The notes under the pieces were generated by a model that was given only the letters and a program-made list of their open reading frames with translations, ran no database searches and had not been told where the DNA came from. The translations under genes were made by a program, and so were the position numbers. 64,000 bases of DNA from Mobula hypostoma (Eukaryota), in NCBI RefSeq assembly GCF_963921235.1, contig NC_086097.1, forward strand, positions 229,278,001-229,342,000. Reading direction: 5' to 3'. Numbering within the stretch: position 1 is the first letter of the stretch; each line of letters starts with the position of its first letter. Of the stretch, positions 23,668 through 35,399 are shown piece by piece.

Positions 23668-26114
23668 AAAGAAAAAAAATTATGCTATCTCCTTTTATAT
23701 TATTGGATAGCTTACTTTTATATTTCATCTTTCCTCCGTTATGGCTTATTAGTTGCCTTCTGTTAGTTTTTAGAAGTTTCCCAATCCTTTAACTTTCCAC
23801 TAATTTTTGTTCTATTATATGCGCTGTCATTTGTTTTTGTGTTGGCTTTGGCTTCCCTTGTCAGCCATGGTTGCATCATTCTGCTTTTAGAATACTTCTT
23901 TGGGATGTATCTATCCCTTGCCTTCCAGATTGCTCCCAGAAACTCCAGCCATTGCGGCTCTGCTGTCATTCCTGCTAGTGTCCTCTTCCAATCAATTTTA
24001 GCCAGCTTCTCTCTCATGTCTCTGTAATTCCCTGTACTCCACTGTAATACTAATACAACCTGACTTTTTCTTCTCCCTCTCAAATTTCAGGGTGAATTCT
24101 ACCCTATTACAATCATTGCCTCCTAAGTGTGCCTTTACCTTAAGCTCCCCAATCAACTCCACTTTGTTACACAATACCCAATCCAGAATAATTGATCTCC
24201 TCATTAGCTCAGCCACAAGTTGCTTTAAAAAAAAGCCATCTCGTAGGCATTCTACAAGTACTCTCTCTTGGGATCTAGCACCAATCTGATTTTCCCAATC
24301 TACCTGCATATTGAAATCCCCCATGAATATTGTAACATTGCCCTTTTGACATGCCTTTTCAATCTCCCACTGTATTTTGTTGCCTACTGTTCAGAGGCCT
24401 GTATACAACTCCCATCAGGGTCTTTTTACCCTTGCAGCTTCTTAACTCTACCTACAAGGATTCTACATCTTTTGATACTGTGTCACCTTTTTTTTAAGGA
24501 TTTGAATTCAGTTTTTACCAGCAGAGCCATGCCACCTCCATGCTTGTATTTCCATACAATGTGCATCCTTGGACATTAAGGTCCCATCTATAATCTTCTT
24601 TCAGCCATGACTCAGTGATGTACATAACGTGATACTTGCCAACCTCTAAATGTGATCATCTACCTTATTCCATATATAGTATGCATTCAGATATAACACC
24701 TTTAGTCCTGTATCTGTAACCTTTTTCGATTTTGCCCCCTTTTGACACTGCAACTCATCCCACTGACTGCAATTTTGCCCTTTCACCTGCCTGTCCTCCT
24801 GACTGCCTCACTGCACACTGTCATTGCTTGTAAACTAACACTGCTACTCTCAGCCCTGTCACTCTAGTTCCCATCCTTTTGCCAAATTAGTTTAAACCCT
24901 CTGCAGCACAGTCTTCTCCATGCCCAAGCCACGTGGATTCTCAAAGCGAGGTCAGCAGAGAAACCAAAGGTCATTTCAATACAAAAGACAGGAGCCTCAG
25001 AACTTGTATTTGCAGCTTGTTTCCTTTTGCACGTTGATTGTCCTGTTGGGAGCTGTTTTTCATCGATTCTATTATGGTTCTTGGATTTATTGAGCATGCC
25101 TGTAAGAAAACAAATCTCAGCTTGTATATGGTGACATAGATGTACTTTGATAATAAATTTACTTCAAACTTTGTCATGGGTTTTAAAGGAGCTATCTTCC
25201 CTCAGAATACTCTAAAGATGGTCCAGTACACTGACATTCTGCATAGTGATATGCCTTGGGACCCTAGCATTGGTTCTCAATGCCATCCTGAAACCTCCTT
25301 TCCCACTTGAGCAGTAATGGGCCAAAGATAGCCTGGAATCAGTGAGACACTGCATTATTTTAAGGAGAATTTCATCACATCCTTCTATCTTTTCCTTCGG
25401 TAATCTTTTCGTGTGGCGGACCTTGTTCTGCTCTGGGAGTCTGGTGTCGAATATGCAAATAAATCAGCCTAGCCCAGTGTAGCCAGCTGTGTGTAACTGG
25501 ATCGTGTACTGTCCTGGACAAGGAAACTGAGAGTGGTTCTTTTCACCTTCCAGTGAAATTGGAGACAGCATTAGAAGTAAAATTCCAGTGCTTTGAGATA
25601 TCTGCTACAGGCAGTCTAGACCTACAAAGCAGACAGGAGAACATGGATTTCTAGAGCATTTTTGGCATTGCTAAATGAAGTGTAAGAGTCAATATTTTTA
25701 GGAGAGATTTGCATTGCAGTTCAAAAGTTCCACAGATCTTAAGAAGGATGTTACAGTTGGTACGGAATGCCAAGATCAACCCCATGCAGCAAGAATAGCC
25801 AAAGTCGAGTTTACTGTCATGTGCACAAGTACAGGTATGCGCAGGTGCAATGAAAATCTTACTTGCAGCAGCTTCACGGGCACATGGCATCATATAAGCA
25901 GCATTCACAAGAAAAGCAAATTTACCATAAATTATATACAGTCTTTACCAGCAAGAACAAACATGGGTCAGTTTTAGAGCAAAGTAATCAAAATGGTCAT
26001 CATCTTGCTAAACTGTAGCTATTAGGTTGGTTCAAGAACTGAACAGTTAAAGCCACATACATCAAAGTTGCTGGTGAACGCAGCAGGCCAGGCAGCATCT
26101 CTAGGAAGAGGTGC

Positions 26115-26150
26115 AGTCGACGTTTCAGGCCGAGACCCTTCGTCAGGACT
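26115..26150 (-). ncRNA. Minimal hammerhead ribozyme motif
   Basis: Reverse complement of the motif at 28476-28511. Confidence 0.8.
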
Positions 26151-26818
26151 AACTGAAGGAAGAGTGAGTAAGGGATTTGAAAGCTGGAGGGGGAGGGGGA
26201 GATCCAAAATGATAGGAGAAGACAGGAGGGGGAGGGATGGAGCCGAGAGCTGGACAGGTGATAGGCAAAAGGGGATATGAGAGGATCATGGGACAGGAGG
26301 TCCGGGAAGAAAGACGGGGGGGGGTGACCCAGAGGATGGGCAAGAGGTATATTCAGAGGGACAGAGGGAGAAAAAGGAGAGTGAGAGAAAGAATGTGTGC
26401 ATAAAAAAGAGTAACAGATGGGGTACGAGGGGGAGGTAGGGCCTAGCGGAAGTTAGAGAAGTCAATGTTCATGCCATCAGGTTGGAGGCTACCCAGACGG
26501 AATATAAGTTGTTCCTCCAACCTGAGTGTGGCTTCATCTTTACAGTAGAGGAGGCCGTGGATAGACATGTCAGAATGGGAATGGGATGTGGAATTAAAAT
26601 GTGTGGCCACTGGGAGATCCTGCTTTCTCTGGCGCACAGAGCGTAGATGTTCAGCAAAGCGGTCTCCCAGTCTGCGTCGGGTCTCACCAATATATAAAAG
26701 GCCACATCGGGAGCACCGGACGCAGTATATCACCCCAGTCAACTCACAGGTGAAGTGAATAGCTCTTAAACTTTTCGATGATTTTAAGTTCCCTGGCCCC
26801 CACCGCTTTATTTTCACC

Positions 26819-28180
26819 ATGGATGTCCAGTCCCTATATACTTCCATCCCCCATCAGGAAGGTCTCAAAGCTCTACGCTTCTTTTTGGATTCCAGACCTA
26901 ATCAGTTCCCCTCTACCACCACTCTGCTCCGTCTAGCAGAATTAGTCCTTACTCTTAATAATTTCTCCTTTTGCTCCTCCCATTTCCTCCAAACTAAAGG
27001 TGTAGCTATGGGCACCCGTATGGGTCCTAGCTATGCCTGCCTTTTTGTTGGGTTTATGGAACAATCTATGTTCCGTGCCTATTCTGGTATCTGTCCCCCA
27101 CTTTTCCTTCGCTACATCGACGACTGCATTGGCGCTGCTTCCTGCACGCATGCAGAACTCGTTGACTTTATTAACTTTGCCTCCAACTTTCACCCTGCCC
27201 TCAAGTTTACTTGGTCCATTTCCGACACCTCCCTCCCCTTTCTAGATCTTTCTGTCTCTGTCTCTGGAGACAGCTTATCCACTGATGTCTACTATAAGCC
27301 TACTGACTCTCACAGCTATCTGGACTATTCCTCTTCTCACCCTGTCTCTTGCAAAAACGCCATCCCCTTCTCGCAATTCCTCCGTCTCCGCCACATCTGC
27401 TCTCAGGATGAGGCTTTTCATTCTAGGACGAGGGAGATGTCTTCATTTTTTAAAGAAAGGGGCTTCCCTTCCTCCACTATCAACTCTGCTCTTAAACGCA
27501 TCTCCCCCATTTCACGTACATCTGCTCTCACTCCATCCTCCCACCACCCCACTAGGAATAGGGTTCCCCTGGTCCTCACCTACCACCCCACCAGCCTCCG
27601 GGTCCAACATATTATTCTCCGTAACTTCCGCCACCTCCAACGGGATCCCACCACTAAGCATATCTTTCCCTCCCCCCCTCTCTCTGCATTCCGCAGGGAT
27701 TGCTCCCTACACAACTCCCTTGTCCATTCGTCCCCCCCATCCCTCCCCACTGATCTCCCTCCTGGCACTTATCCGTGTAAGCGGAACAAGTGCTACACAT
27801 GCCCTTACACTTCCTCCCTTACCACCATTCAGGGCCCCAAACAGTCCTTCCAGGTGAGGCATCACTTCACCTGTGAGTCGACTGGGGTGATATACTGCGT
27901 CCGGTGCTCCCGATGTGGCCTTTTAAATATTGGTGAGACCCGACGCAGACTGGGAGACCGCTTCGCTGAACATCTACGCTCTGTCTGCCAGAGAAAGCAG
28001 GATCTCCCAGTGGCCACACATTTTAATTCCACATCCCATTCCCATTCTGACATGTCTATCCACGGCCTCCTCTACTGTAAAGATGAAGCCACACTCAGGT
28101 TGGAGGAACAACACCTTATATTCCGTCTGGGTAGCCTCCAACCTGATGGCATGAACATTGACTTCTCTAACTTCCGCTAG
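26819..28180 (+). CDS. PLE reverse transcriptase / GIY-YIG endonuclease, N-truncated open frame (453 aa)
   Basis: DVQSLYT, GVAMGTRMGPSYA, RYIDD, Cys-rich linker CKRNKCYTC, GVIYC..NIGET (YIG tyrosine replaced by N). Confidence 0.9.
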   Translation: MDVQSLYTSIPHQEGLKALRFFLDSRPNQFPSTTTLLRLAELVLTLNNFSFCSSHFLQTKGVAMGTRMGPSYACLFVGFMEQSMFRAYSGICPPLFLRYIDDCIGAASCTHAELVDFINFASNFHPALKFTWSISDTSLPFLDLSVSVSGDSLSTDVYYKPTDSHSYLDYSSSHPVSCKNAIPFSQFLRLRHICSQDEAFHSRTREMSSFFKERGFPSSTINSALKRISPISRTSALTPSSHHPTRNRVPLVLTYHPTSLRVQHIILRNFRHLQRDPTTKHIFPSPPLSAFRRDCSLHNSLVHSSPPSLPTDLPPGTYPCKRNKCYTCPYTSSLTTIQGPKQSFQVRHHFTCESTGVIYCVRCSRCGLLNIGETRRRLGDRFAEHLRSVCQRKQDLPVATHFNSTSHSHSDMSIHGLLYCKDEATLRLEEQHLIFRLGSLQPDGMNIDFSNFR

Positions 28181-28475
28181 GCCCTACCTCCCCCTCGTAC
28201 CCCATCTGTTACTCTTTTTTATGCACACATTCTTTCTCTCACTCTCCTTTTTCTCCCTCTGTCCCTCTGAATATACCTCTTGCCCATCCTCTGGGTCACC
28301 CCCCCCCCCCGTCTTTCTTCCCGGACCTCCTGTCCCATGATCCTCTCGTATCCCCTTCTGCCTATCACCTGTCCAGCTCTCGGCTCTATCCCTCCCCCTC
28401 CTGTCTTCTCCTATCATTTTGCATCTCCCCCTCCCCCTCCAGCTTTCAAATCCTTTACTCACTCTTCCTTCAGTT

Positions 28476-28511
28476 AGTCCTGACGAAGGGTCTCGGCCTG
28501 AAACGTCGACT
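28476..28511 (+). ncRNA. Minimal hammerhead ribozyme motif in the PLE 3' UTR
   Basis: agtc-ctgacga-agggtctcggcct-gaaacgtc-gact, ~300 nt after the ORF stop. Confidence 0.8.
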
Positions 28512-29014
28512 GCACCTCTTCCTAGAGATGCTGCCTGGCCTGCTGCGTTCACCAGCAACTTTGATGTATGTTGCTTGAATTTCCAGCATCTGCAGAATTC
28601 CTGTTGTTTGCAGTTAAAGCCAAGTAGCTTTTCTTGAACCTGCTGGTGTGGGACTTCAGGCTTATGTACCTCCTGGAAGATTAGGACAGTGGGTGAAATT
28701 CTGTTTGCTTGTATTTACAACTGTATACATCTGTAAGGACTTGGCTAATTGTATACGTCCACATTCATAAATACTGTAGGTAACTGGAAGCATAATTTAA
28801 TGTGCACAAATTGTTGGCAATTGTATATTTTTAATGGGTAGGAGTGTAGTTAAGGGTACCTTTAAGAACTGAGTGTACCATAAAATTTGATACATTGTTG
28901 TACAAAACATTCCTTGAATAAAAGCTGTTTTATTTGTACTTTGCTATTTGCCTTAGTAAGCAACAATTGTGAAGAGCGTAAGGTTATTGCTACATGGTGA
29001 TCTAAAGTAAATTT

Positions 29015-30650
29015 TTTTGCATCTGTATTTACTCAGGAGACAGACACAGAGTCTATTGAAGTGAGGCAAAGCGGCATCAACTTCATGGGCCGAAGCAGAT
29101 TACAGGGAGCTGCTGTTTGCTGTTTGAGACAAATGAGGGTGGATAAATTCCCAGGGCCTGACAAGCTGTTCCCTCGGTCCCTACAGGAGGAAAGTGCAGG
29201 AATTGCTGAGGCCATGGCTGAGATATTTTTCAAAGCAGCAAGTGACATGCCAGAGGATTGAAGGATAGCTAATGTTGTTCCGCTGTTTATGAAAGGCTAT
29301 AAAATTAAACCAGAAAATTAAAGGCCAGTGAGACTGACATCAGTTGTAAGAAAGTTATTGGAAGGTATTCTAGGGCACCAGGTATATAAATATTTGGATA
29401 GACATGGACAGATTAGGTATAGACAGTATGGCTTTGTGCACGGTAGGTTGTGTCTAACCAATTTTATAGAGTTTTTCAAGGAAGTTACCGGGAAAGTGAT
29501 GAAGGTAAGGCATTGGATGTTGTCTACATGGATTTCAGCAAGGCATTTGACAAGGTCTGATTTGGGATGAAAGTGAAAAAGGTTCAGTCACTCAGCATTC
29601 GAGGCAAGGTAGTAAATTTGATTAGACATTGGCTTTGTGGGAGAAGCCAGAGAGTGGTAGGAGATGGTTGCCTCTCTAACTGGAGGCCTGAGACTAGTGG
29701 AGCGCTGCAGGGATCGGTGCTGGGTCCTTTGTTGTTTGTCATCTATATCAATGATCTGGGTGATAATGTGATTAACTGGATCAGCAAGTTTGCAGATCAC
29801 ACTAAGATTTGGGGGCGGCGAGTGGTATTGGACAGCGAGGGAGACTATAGTGGCTTGCAGAGGGATTTAGACCAGCTGGAAAAATAGACTGAAAAATGTT
29901 TAATGCAGCCATTTACAAGGTATTGTACTTCTGTAGGACCGACAAGGGTAGGTCTTGTACAATGAACAGTATGGCGTTGAGCAGTGTGGTAGAACAAAGG
30001 GATCTGGGAGTAGAGACCCATAATTCATTGAAAGGGGCATCACAGGTAGATAAGGTCATAAAGAAAGCTTTTGGCACATTGGCCTTCATAAATCAATGTG
30101 TTGACTACAGGAGATGGGATGTTATGTTGGAGTTGTATAAGATGTTGGTGAGGCCTAATTTGGAGTATTACATGTAGTTTGGTCACCTACCTACAGGAAC
30201 GATGTAGATAAGGTTGAAAGAGTGCAGAGAAAATTTACAAGGACATTGCCAGAACTGGAGGACCTGAGTTATAAGGAGAGATTGAATAGGTTTATTCCTT
30301 GGAACTTAGAAGACTGAGAGGAGATTTGATAGGGGTATACAAAATTATGGGGGGTATAGACAGGTAAATACAAGAAAGCTTTTACCATTGAGGTTGGGTA
30401 GGGCTACAACTAGAAGTCATGAGTTGAGCGTGAAAGGTGAAAAGTTTAAATGGAACATGAGGGAAAGCTTCTTCACTCAGAAGGTCATGAGAGTGTGGAA
30501 TGAGCTGCTGGCGCATGTGGTATATGTGAGCTCGATTTCAATGTTCAATGGAAGTTTGGATAGCGACATGGTCCTGGTGCAGGTTGATGGGAATAGGCAG
30601 TTTAAATGGTCTGGCACAGACTAAATGGACTGAAGGGCCTGTTTCTATAA
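29015..30650 (+). mobile_element. Degenerate CR1 LINE
   Basis: [31 protein letters not shown]. Confidence 0.9.
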
Positions 30651-30769
30651 GGGGCCTCTTTTCTATGATTCTTTGGAGTGATCTAAACTGGCTGAAGATT
30701 GATTTCTGTGATATCAGGGATGTAAAGGAAAAGCTCAAGTAAATCATTTTTTTTTCTATCAAGAGCAGA

Positions 30770-30810
30770 TTCTCTCTCTCTCTCTCTCTCTCACTCTCTC
30801 ACTCTCTCTC
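30770..30810. repeat. (TC)n microsatellite
   Basis: Seen directly in sequence. Confidence 0.85.
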
Positions 30811-30974
30811 AGATATTAAAATATTTGGAAATTCAACTGTACAAGTAGCGTGCTTTTTAAATAAAAGAAGCTGCTTACCTTGTCAATACCTTCTGTGGCT
30901 TACTCCACAGAGGCAGACTCTCTGGCAAGTCAACTTCATGACTATCATTATGAGTGCTACATAACCACACTCTG

Positions 30975-32752
30975 AGACAGATCAGAGTCTTCAAGTCTGG
31001 TGACCAAGAAAGTTACAAGAGGTCCAGGTACACTTTCCAGAAAGCCATCTCACAGACGAAGTGGCAAGTCTGAATTAAACTTGAATCAACAAAGCATGCT
31101 TGACAGTTGTAGCAGAGCTTGAATGCTATCACCACCATAAAAACAAGTGATGTAGGCGACAACAGGCTTCGCTTCCAGATGAGTTCAGTGCCTTCTCTAT
31201 TCACTTTGACTGTCAAAACATGGAGGAACCATCACAAACTCCCACAGATCCCAGTGATCCTGTGATTTCAGTCTCTGAGGCTGGTATGCAAGCATCTTTC
31301 AGGAGGGTGAACGCACAAAAAGAATCCTGCTCAGACAGAGTATCTGGTCAAATACTAAGAGACCTACACTGGCTGGAGTTTTCACTGAGATCTTTAACCT
31401 CTCACTTCAGTAGTCTGAGGTTCCCAGCAAGCTTCACTTATACGAGTGCTTAAGAAAAATGTGGTATCATTTAGTAGTACTTACATTCATGATAATGAAA
31501 TGTTTTGAGAGGTTGGTGATGAAGCCTAGCAGTCCTGACAAGCAACTTAGATACGTTATAATTTGCTTACTGGCTCAACAGGTCCACAGCAGATGCTGTC
31601 TAATTGGTTCTTCACTCAACCCCGGAACATCTGAACAACAACGAAGCAGACGTCAGAACGATCTTTATCGACTGCAGCTCGGCATTCAATGCTAACTTCC
31701 TCTCAAAACTAAGCGATAAGCTTTCAGATCTTGACCTCAATACCTCCTTTTGCAATTGGATTCTCGATTTCCCCACCTACATACCCCAGCCAGTTCAGAT
31801 TGGCAACAACATCTCCTTTACAATCTCCATCGCCATCAGCACACCAGAAGGCTGTGTGCTTAGCCCCCTGCTCTACTTGCTTTACACTTATGACTGTGTG
31901 GCTAAGCACAGTTCCAATGCCATATTCAAGTTCGCCGACGACACCACTGTCATAGGCTAAATCAAAGGTGGTGACAAGTCAGCTTATAAGAAGGCGATTG
32001 AAAATCTGGCTGAGTGGTACCACAGCAATAACCTCTTATTCAATGTCAGCGAGACCAAGAAACTGATTAGTGACTTTAGGAGGAGGAAACCGGAAATATA
32101 TGAGTCAGTCTTCATTGAGATATCAGAGGAGGGCTGGCTACCCTTGATGTTATTACTTTGGAGAACATGCCCTGGACCCAGCTCATAAGTACAATTATGA
32201 AGAAAGCACGGAACCACCTCCTCTTCCTTAGGAGTTTGCAAAGATTCAGCATGACATCTTGTATGCTGGAGAGTATATTGACTGGCTGCCTCACAGACTG
32301 ATATGGAAAAACCAATGCCCTTGAATGGAAAACCCTACAAAAAGTAGTGGATGTGGCCCAGTCCATCTTGGGTAAAGCCATCCCCACCATTGAGTACATC
32401 TACACAGAGTGTTGTCGCAGGAAAGCAGCATCCATGATCAGGGAACCCATCAACCTGGTCATGCTTTCTTCCCACTGCTCATCAGGAAGGAGGTACAGGA
32501 CCCTCAGGACTCATACCACAGTTCCAGGAATAGTTATTAGCCCTCAGCATCAGGCTCTTGAACCCACAAGAGAAATGTTCCCACAACCTATGGACTCACT
32601 ATCAAGGATTCCTCATCTCATTTTCTTGATATTTACTGGTTTTTTTTGCTTTCTTTTTGTATTTGCACAGCTTATTGTATTTTGTACACTGGTTGCCCAC
32701 TCTGTTGGTGCAGTCTTTCACTGATTCAATTAAAGTTATTGGATTTATTGAG
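30975..32752 (+). mobile_element. Degenerate Rex1/Babar LINE
   Basis: IMKCFERLV; FIDCSSAFN..PEGCVLSPLLYLLYTYDC..KFADDTTVIG. Confidence 0.85.
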
Positions 32753-33207
32753 TAAGACCATAAGATTTAGCAGCAGAAATAGACCATTCGGCACATCGAG
32801 TCTGCTCCGCCATTCAATGATGGGCTGATCCAATTCTTCCAGTCATCCTCTCTCCCCTGCCTTCACCCCATACCATTTTATGCCCTAGCTAATCAAGAAC
32901 CTATCTATCTCTGCCTTAAATACACCCAATGATTTGGTCTCCACGGCTGTTAATGGCAACAAGTTCCACAGATTTACCACCCTCTGACTAAAGAAATTTC
33001 TCCACATCTCTATTCTAAATGGACATTCTTCAATCCTGAAGTCGTGCCCTCTTGTCCTAGACTCCCCTACCATGGGAAATAACTTTGCCGTATTAATCTG
33101 TTCAGGTCTTTTAACATTTGGAATGTTTCGATGAGATCCTCCCTCATTCTCCTGAACTCCAGGGAATACAGCCCAAGAGCTGCCAGATGTTCCTCATACA
33201 GTAACCC

Positions 33208-34255
33208 GTACATAGAAACATAGAAAATCTACAGCACAATACAGGCCCTTCGGCCCACAAAGCTGTGCCAAACATGTCCTTACCTTAGAACGACCTAGGG
33301 TTACCCATAGCCCTCTATTTTTCTAAGCTCCATGTAGCAATCCAGGAGTCTCTTAAAAGACCTTATCGTTTCCACCTCCACCACTACCGCCGGCAGCCCA
33401 TTCCACACACTCACCACTCTCTGTGTAAAAAACTTACCCCTGACATCTCCTCTGTACCTACCTCAAAGCAACTTAGAACTATGCTCTCTTGTGCTAGCCA
33501 TTTCAGCCCTGGGAAAAAGCTTCTGACTATCCAAGCAATCAATGCCTCTCATTATGTTGTACACCTCTATCAGGTCACCTTTCATCCTCCATCGCTCCAA
33601 GGAGAAAAGGCCGAGTTCACTCAACCTATTCTCATAAGGCGTGCTCCCAGATCCAGGCAACATCCTTGTAAATCTCCTGTGCACCCTTTCTATGGTTTCC
33701 ACGTCCTTCCTGTAGTGAGGTGACCAGAACTGAGCACAGTACTCCAAGTGGGGTCTGACCAGGGTCCTATATAGCTGCAACATTACCTCTTGGCTCTTAA
33801 ACTCAATCCCATGATTGATGAAGGCCAATGTTCTGTATGCCTTCTTAACCACAGAGTCAATCTGAGTAGCAGCTTTGAGTGTCCTATGATCTCAGACCCC
33901 AAGATCCCTCTGATCCTCCACACTGCCAAGAGTCTTGCCATTAGTGCTATATTCTGCCATCATATTTGACCCACCAGAATGAACCACTTCACACCTGAGC
34001 TGAACTCCATCTGCCACTTCTCAGCACAGTTTTGCATCCTATAGATGTCCTGCTGTAACCTCTGACAGCCCTCTACACTATCCACAACACCCCCAACCTT
34101 TGTGTCATCAGCAAATTTACTAACCCATCCCTCCACTTTCTCATCCAGGTCATTTATAAAAATCACAAAGAGTAGGGGTCCCAGAGCAGATCCCTGAGGC
34201 ACACCACTGGTCACCGGCCTCCATGCAGAATATGACCGGACTACAATCACTCTTT
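33208..34255 (-). mobile_element. CR1 3' fragment nested in CR1, flanked by a 37-bp duplication
   Basis: Same family as 12783-13628; duplication at 33171-33207 / 34256-34292. Confidence 0.9.
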
Positions 34256-35197
34256 GCCCAAGAGCTGCCAGACATTCCTCATACAATAACCCTTTCATTC
34301 CTGGAATCATTCTCATGAATCTTCTCTGAACCCTCTCCAATGTCAGTATTTCCTTTATAAAATAAGGAGCCCAAAACTGCACACAATACTCAGTGTGGAC
34401 CCTACTCTTATATTCTATACCTCTAGAAATGAATGCCAACATTGTATTCACATTCTTCACCACCGACTTAACCTGGAGGTTAACCTTTAAGGTACCCTGC
34501 ACAAGGACTCCCAAGTCCCTTTGCATCTCTGCATTTTGAATTCTCTCCCCATCTAAATAATAGTCTGCCCATTTATTTCTTCCCCCAAAGTGCATGACCA
34601 TACACATTCCAACATTGTCTTTCATTTGCTGCTTCTTTGCCCATTCTCCTAAACTATCTAAGTCTTTCTGCAGACTCTGTTTCCTTAGCACTACTCACTA
34701 CTCCACCTATTTTTGTACCATCAGCAAACTTAACCACAAATCCATTAATCCATAGTCCAAATCATTGACATACATCGTTAAAAGGAATTGTCTCAATACC
34801 GACCCCTGTGGAACTCCACTGGTAACAGGCAGCCAGCCAGAAAAGGAACCCTTTATTCCCACTCTCTGTTTTCTGCCAATCAGCCAATGCTCCACCCACG
34901 CTAGTAACTTCCCTGTAATTCCATGGGCTCTTATTTTGCTAAGCAGCCTCATGTGCAGCACCTTGTCAAAGACCTTCTGAAAATCCGAGTACACCACACC
35001 TACTGCATCTCCTTTGTCTACACTGCTTGTAATTTCCTCAAAAAATTGCAGTAGGTTTGTCAGGCAGGATTTTCCTTTCAGGAAACCATGCTGGCTTTGG
35101 CCTACCTTGTCATGTGCCTTCAGGTACTCCGTAATCTCGTCCCTAACAATCGATTCCAACAACTTCCCAACCACTAACAGGTTAACAGGTCTATAGT

Positions 35198-35399
35198 CTG
35201 CCACAGGAAACAGTTGAGGCCAGTTCATTGGCTATATTTAAGAGGGAGTTAGATATGGCCCTTGTGGCTACGGGGGTCAGGGGGTGTGGAGGGAAGGCTG
35301 GGGCGGGGTTCTGAGTTGGATGATCAGCCATGATCATAGTAAATGGCGGTGCAGGCTCGAAGGGCCGAATGGCCTACTCCTGCACCTATTTTCTATGTT
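35198..35399 (+). mobile_element. Short 3' end of the young CR1 family
   Basis: Matches 15410-15615; flanked by tctatagt (35190-35197, 35400-35407). Confidence 0.9.

Larger units (their letters stand above)
22195..24910 (-). mobile_element. Degenerate, internally deleted CR1 LINE
   Basis: Fragments GDFNMQVDW (APE), [32 protein letters not shown]. Confidence 0.85.
26056..28610 (+). mobile_element. Penelope-like element (Neptune-type), 5'-truncated, with inverted pLTR
   Basis: Inverted arm 26056-26759 mirrors 27862-28570; 12-bp TSD cagttaaagcca (26044-26055, 28611-28622); inserted in a Rex1-like 3' end. Confidence 0.95.

Noticed and set aside
33960..34691. 243-aa ORF with RT motifs in scrambled order
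   Set aside because: Chance in-frame junction of nested CR1 copies
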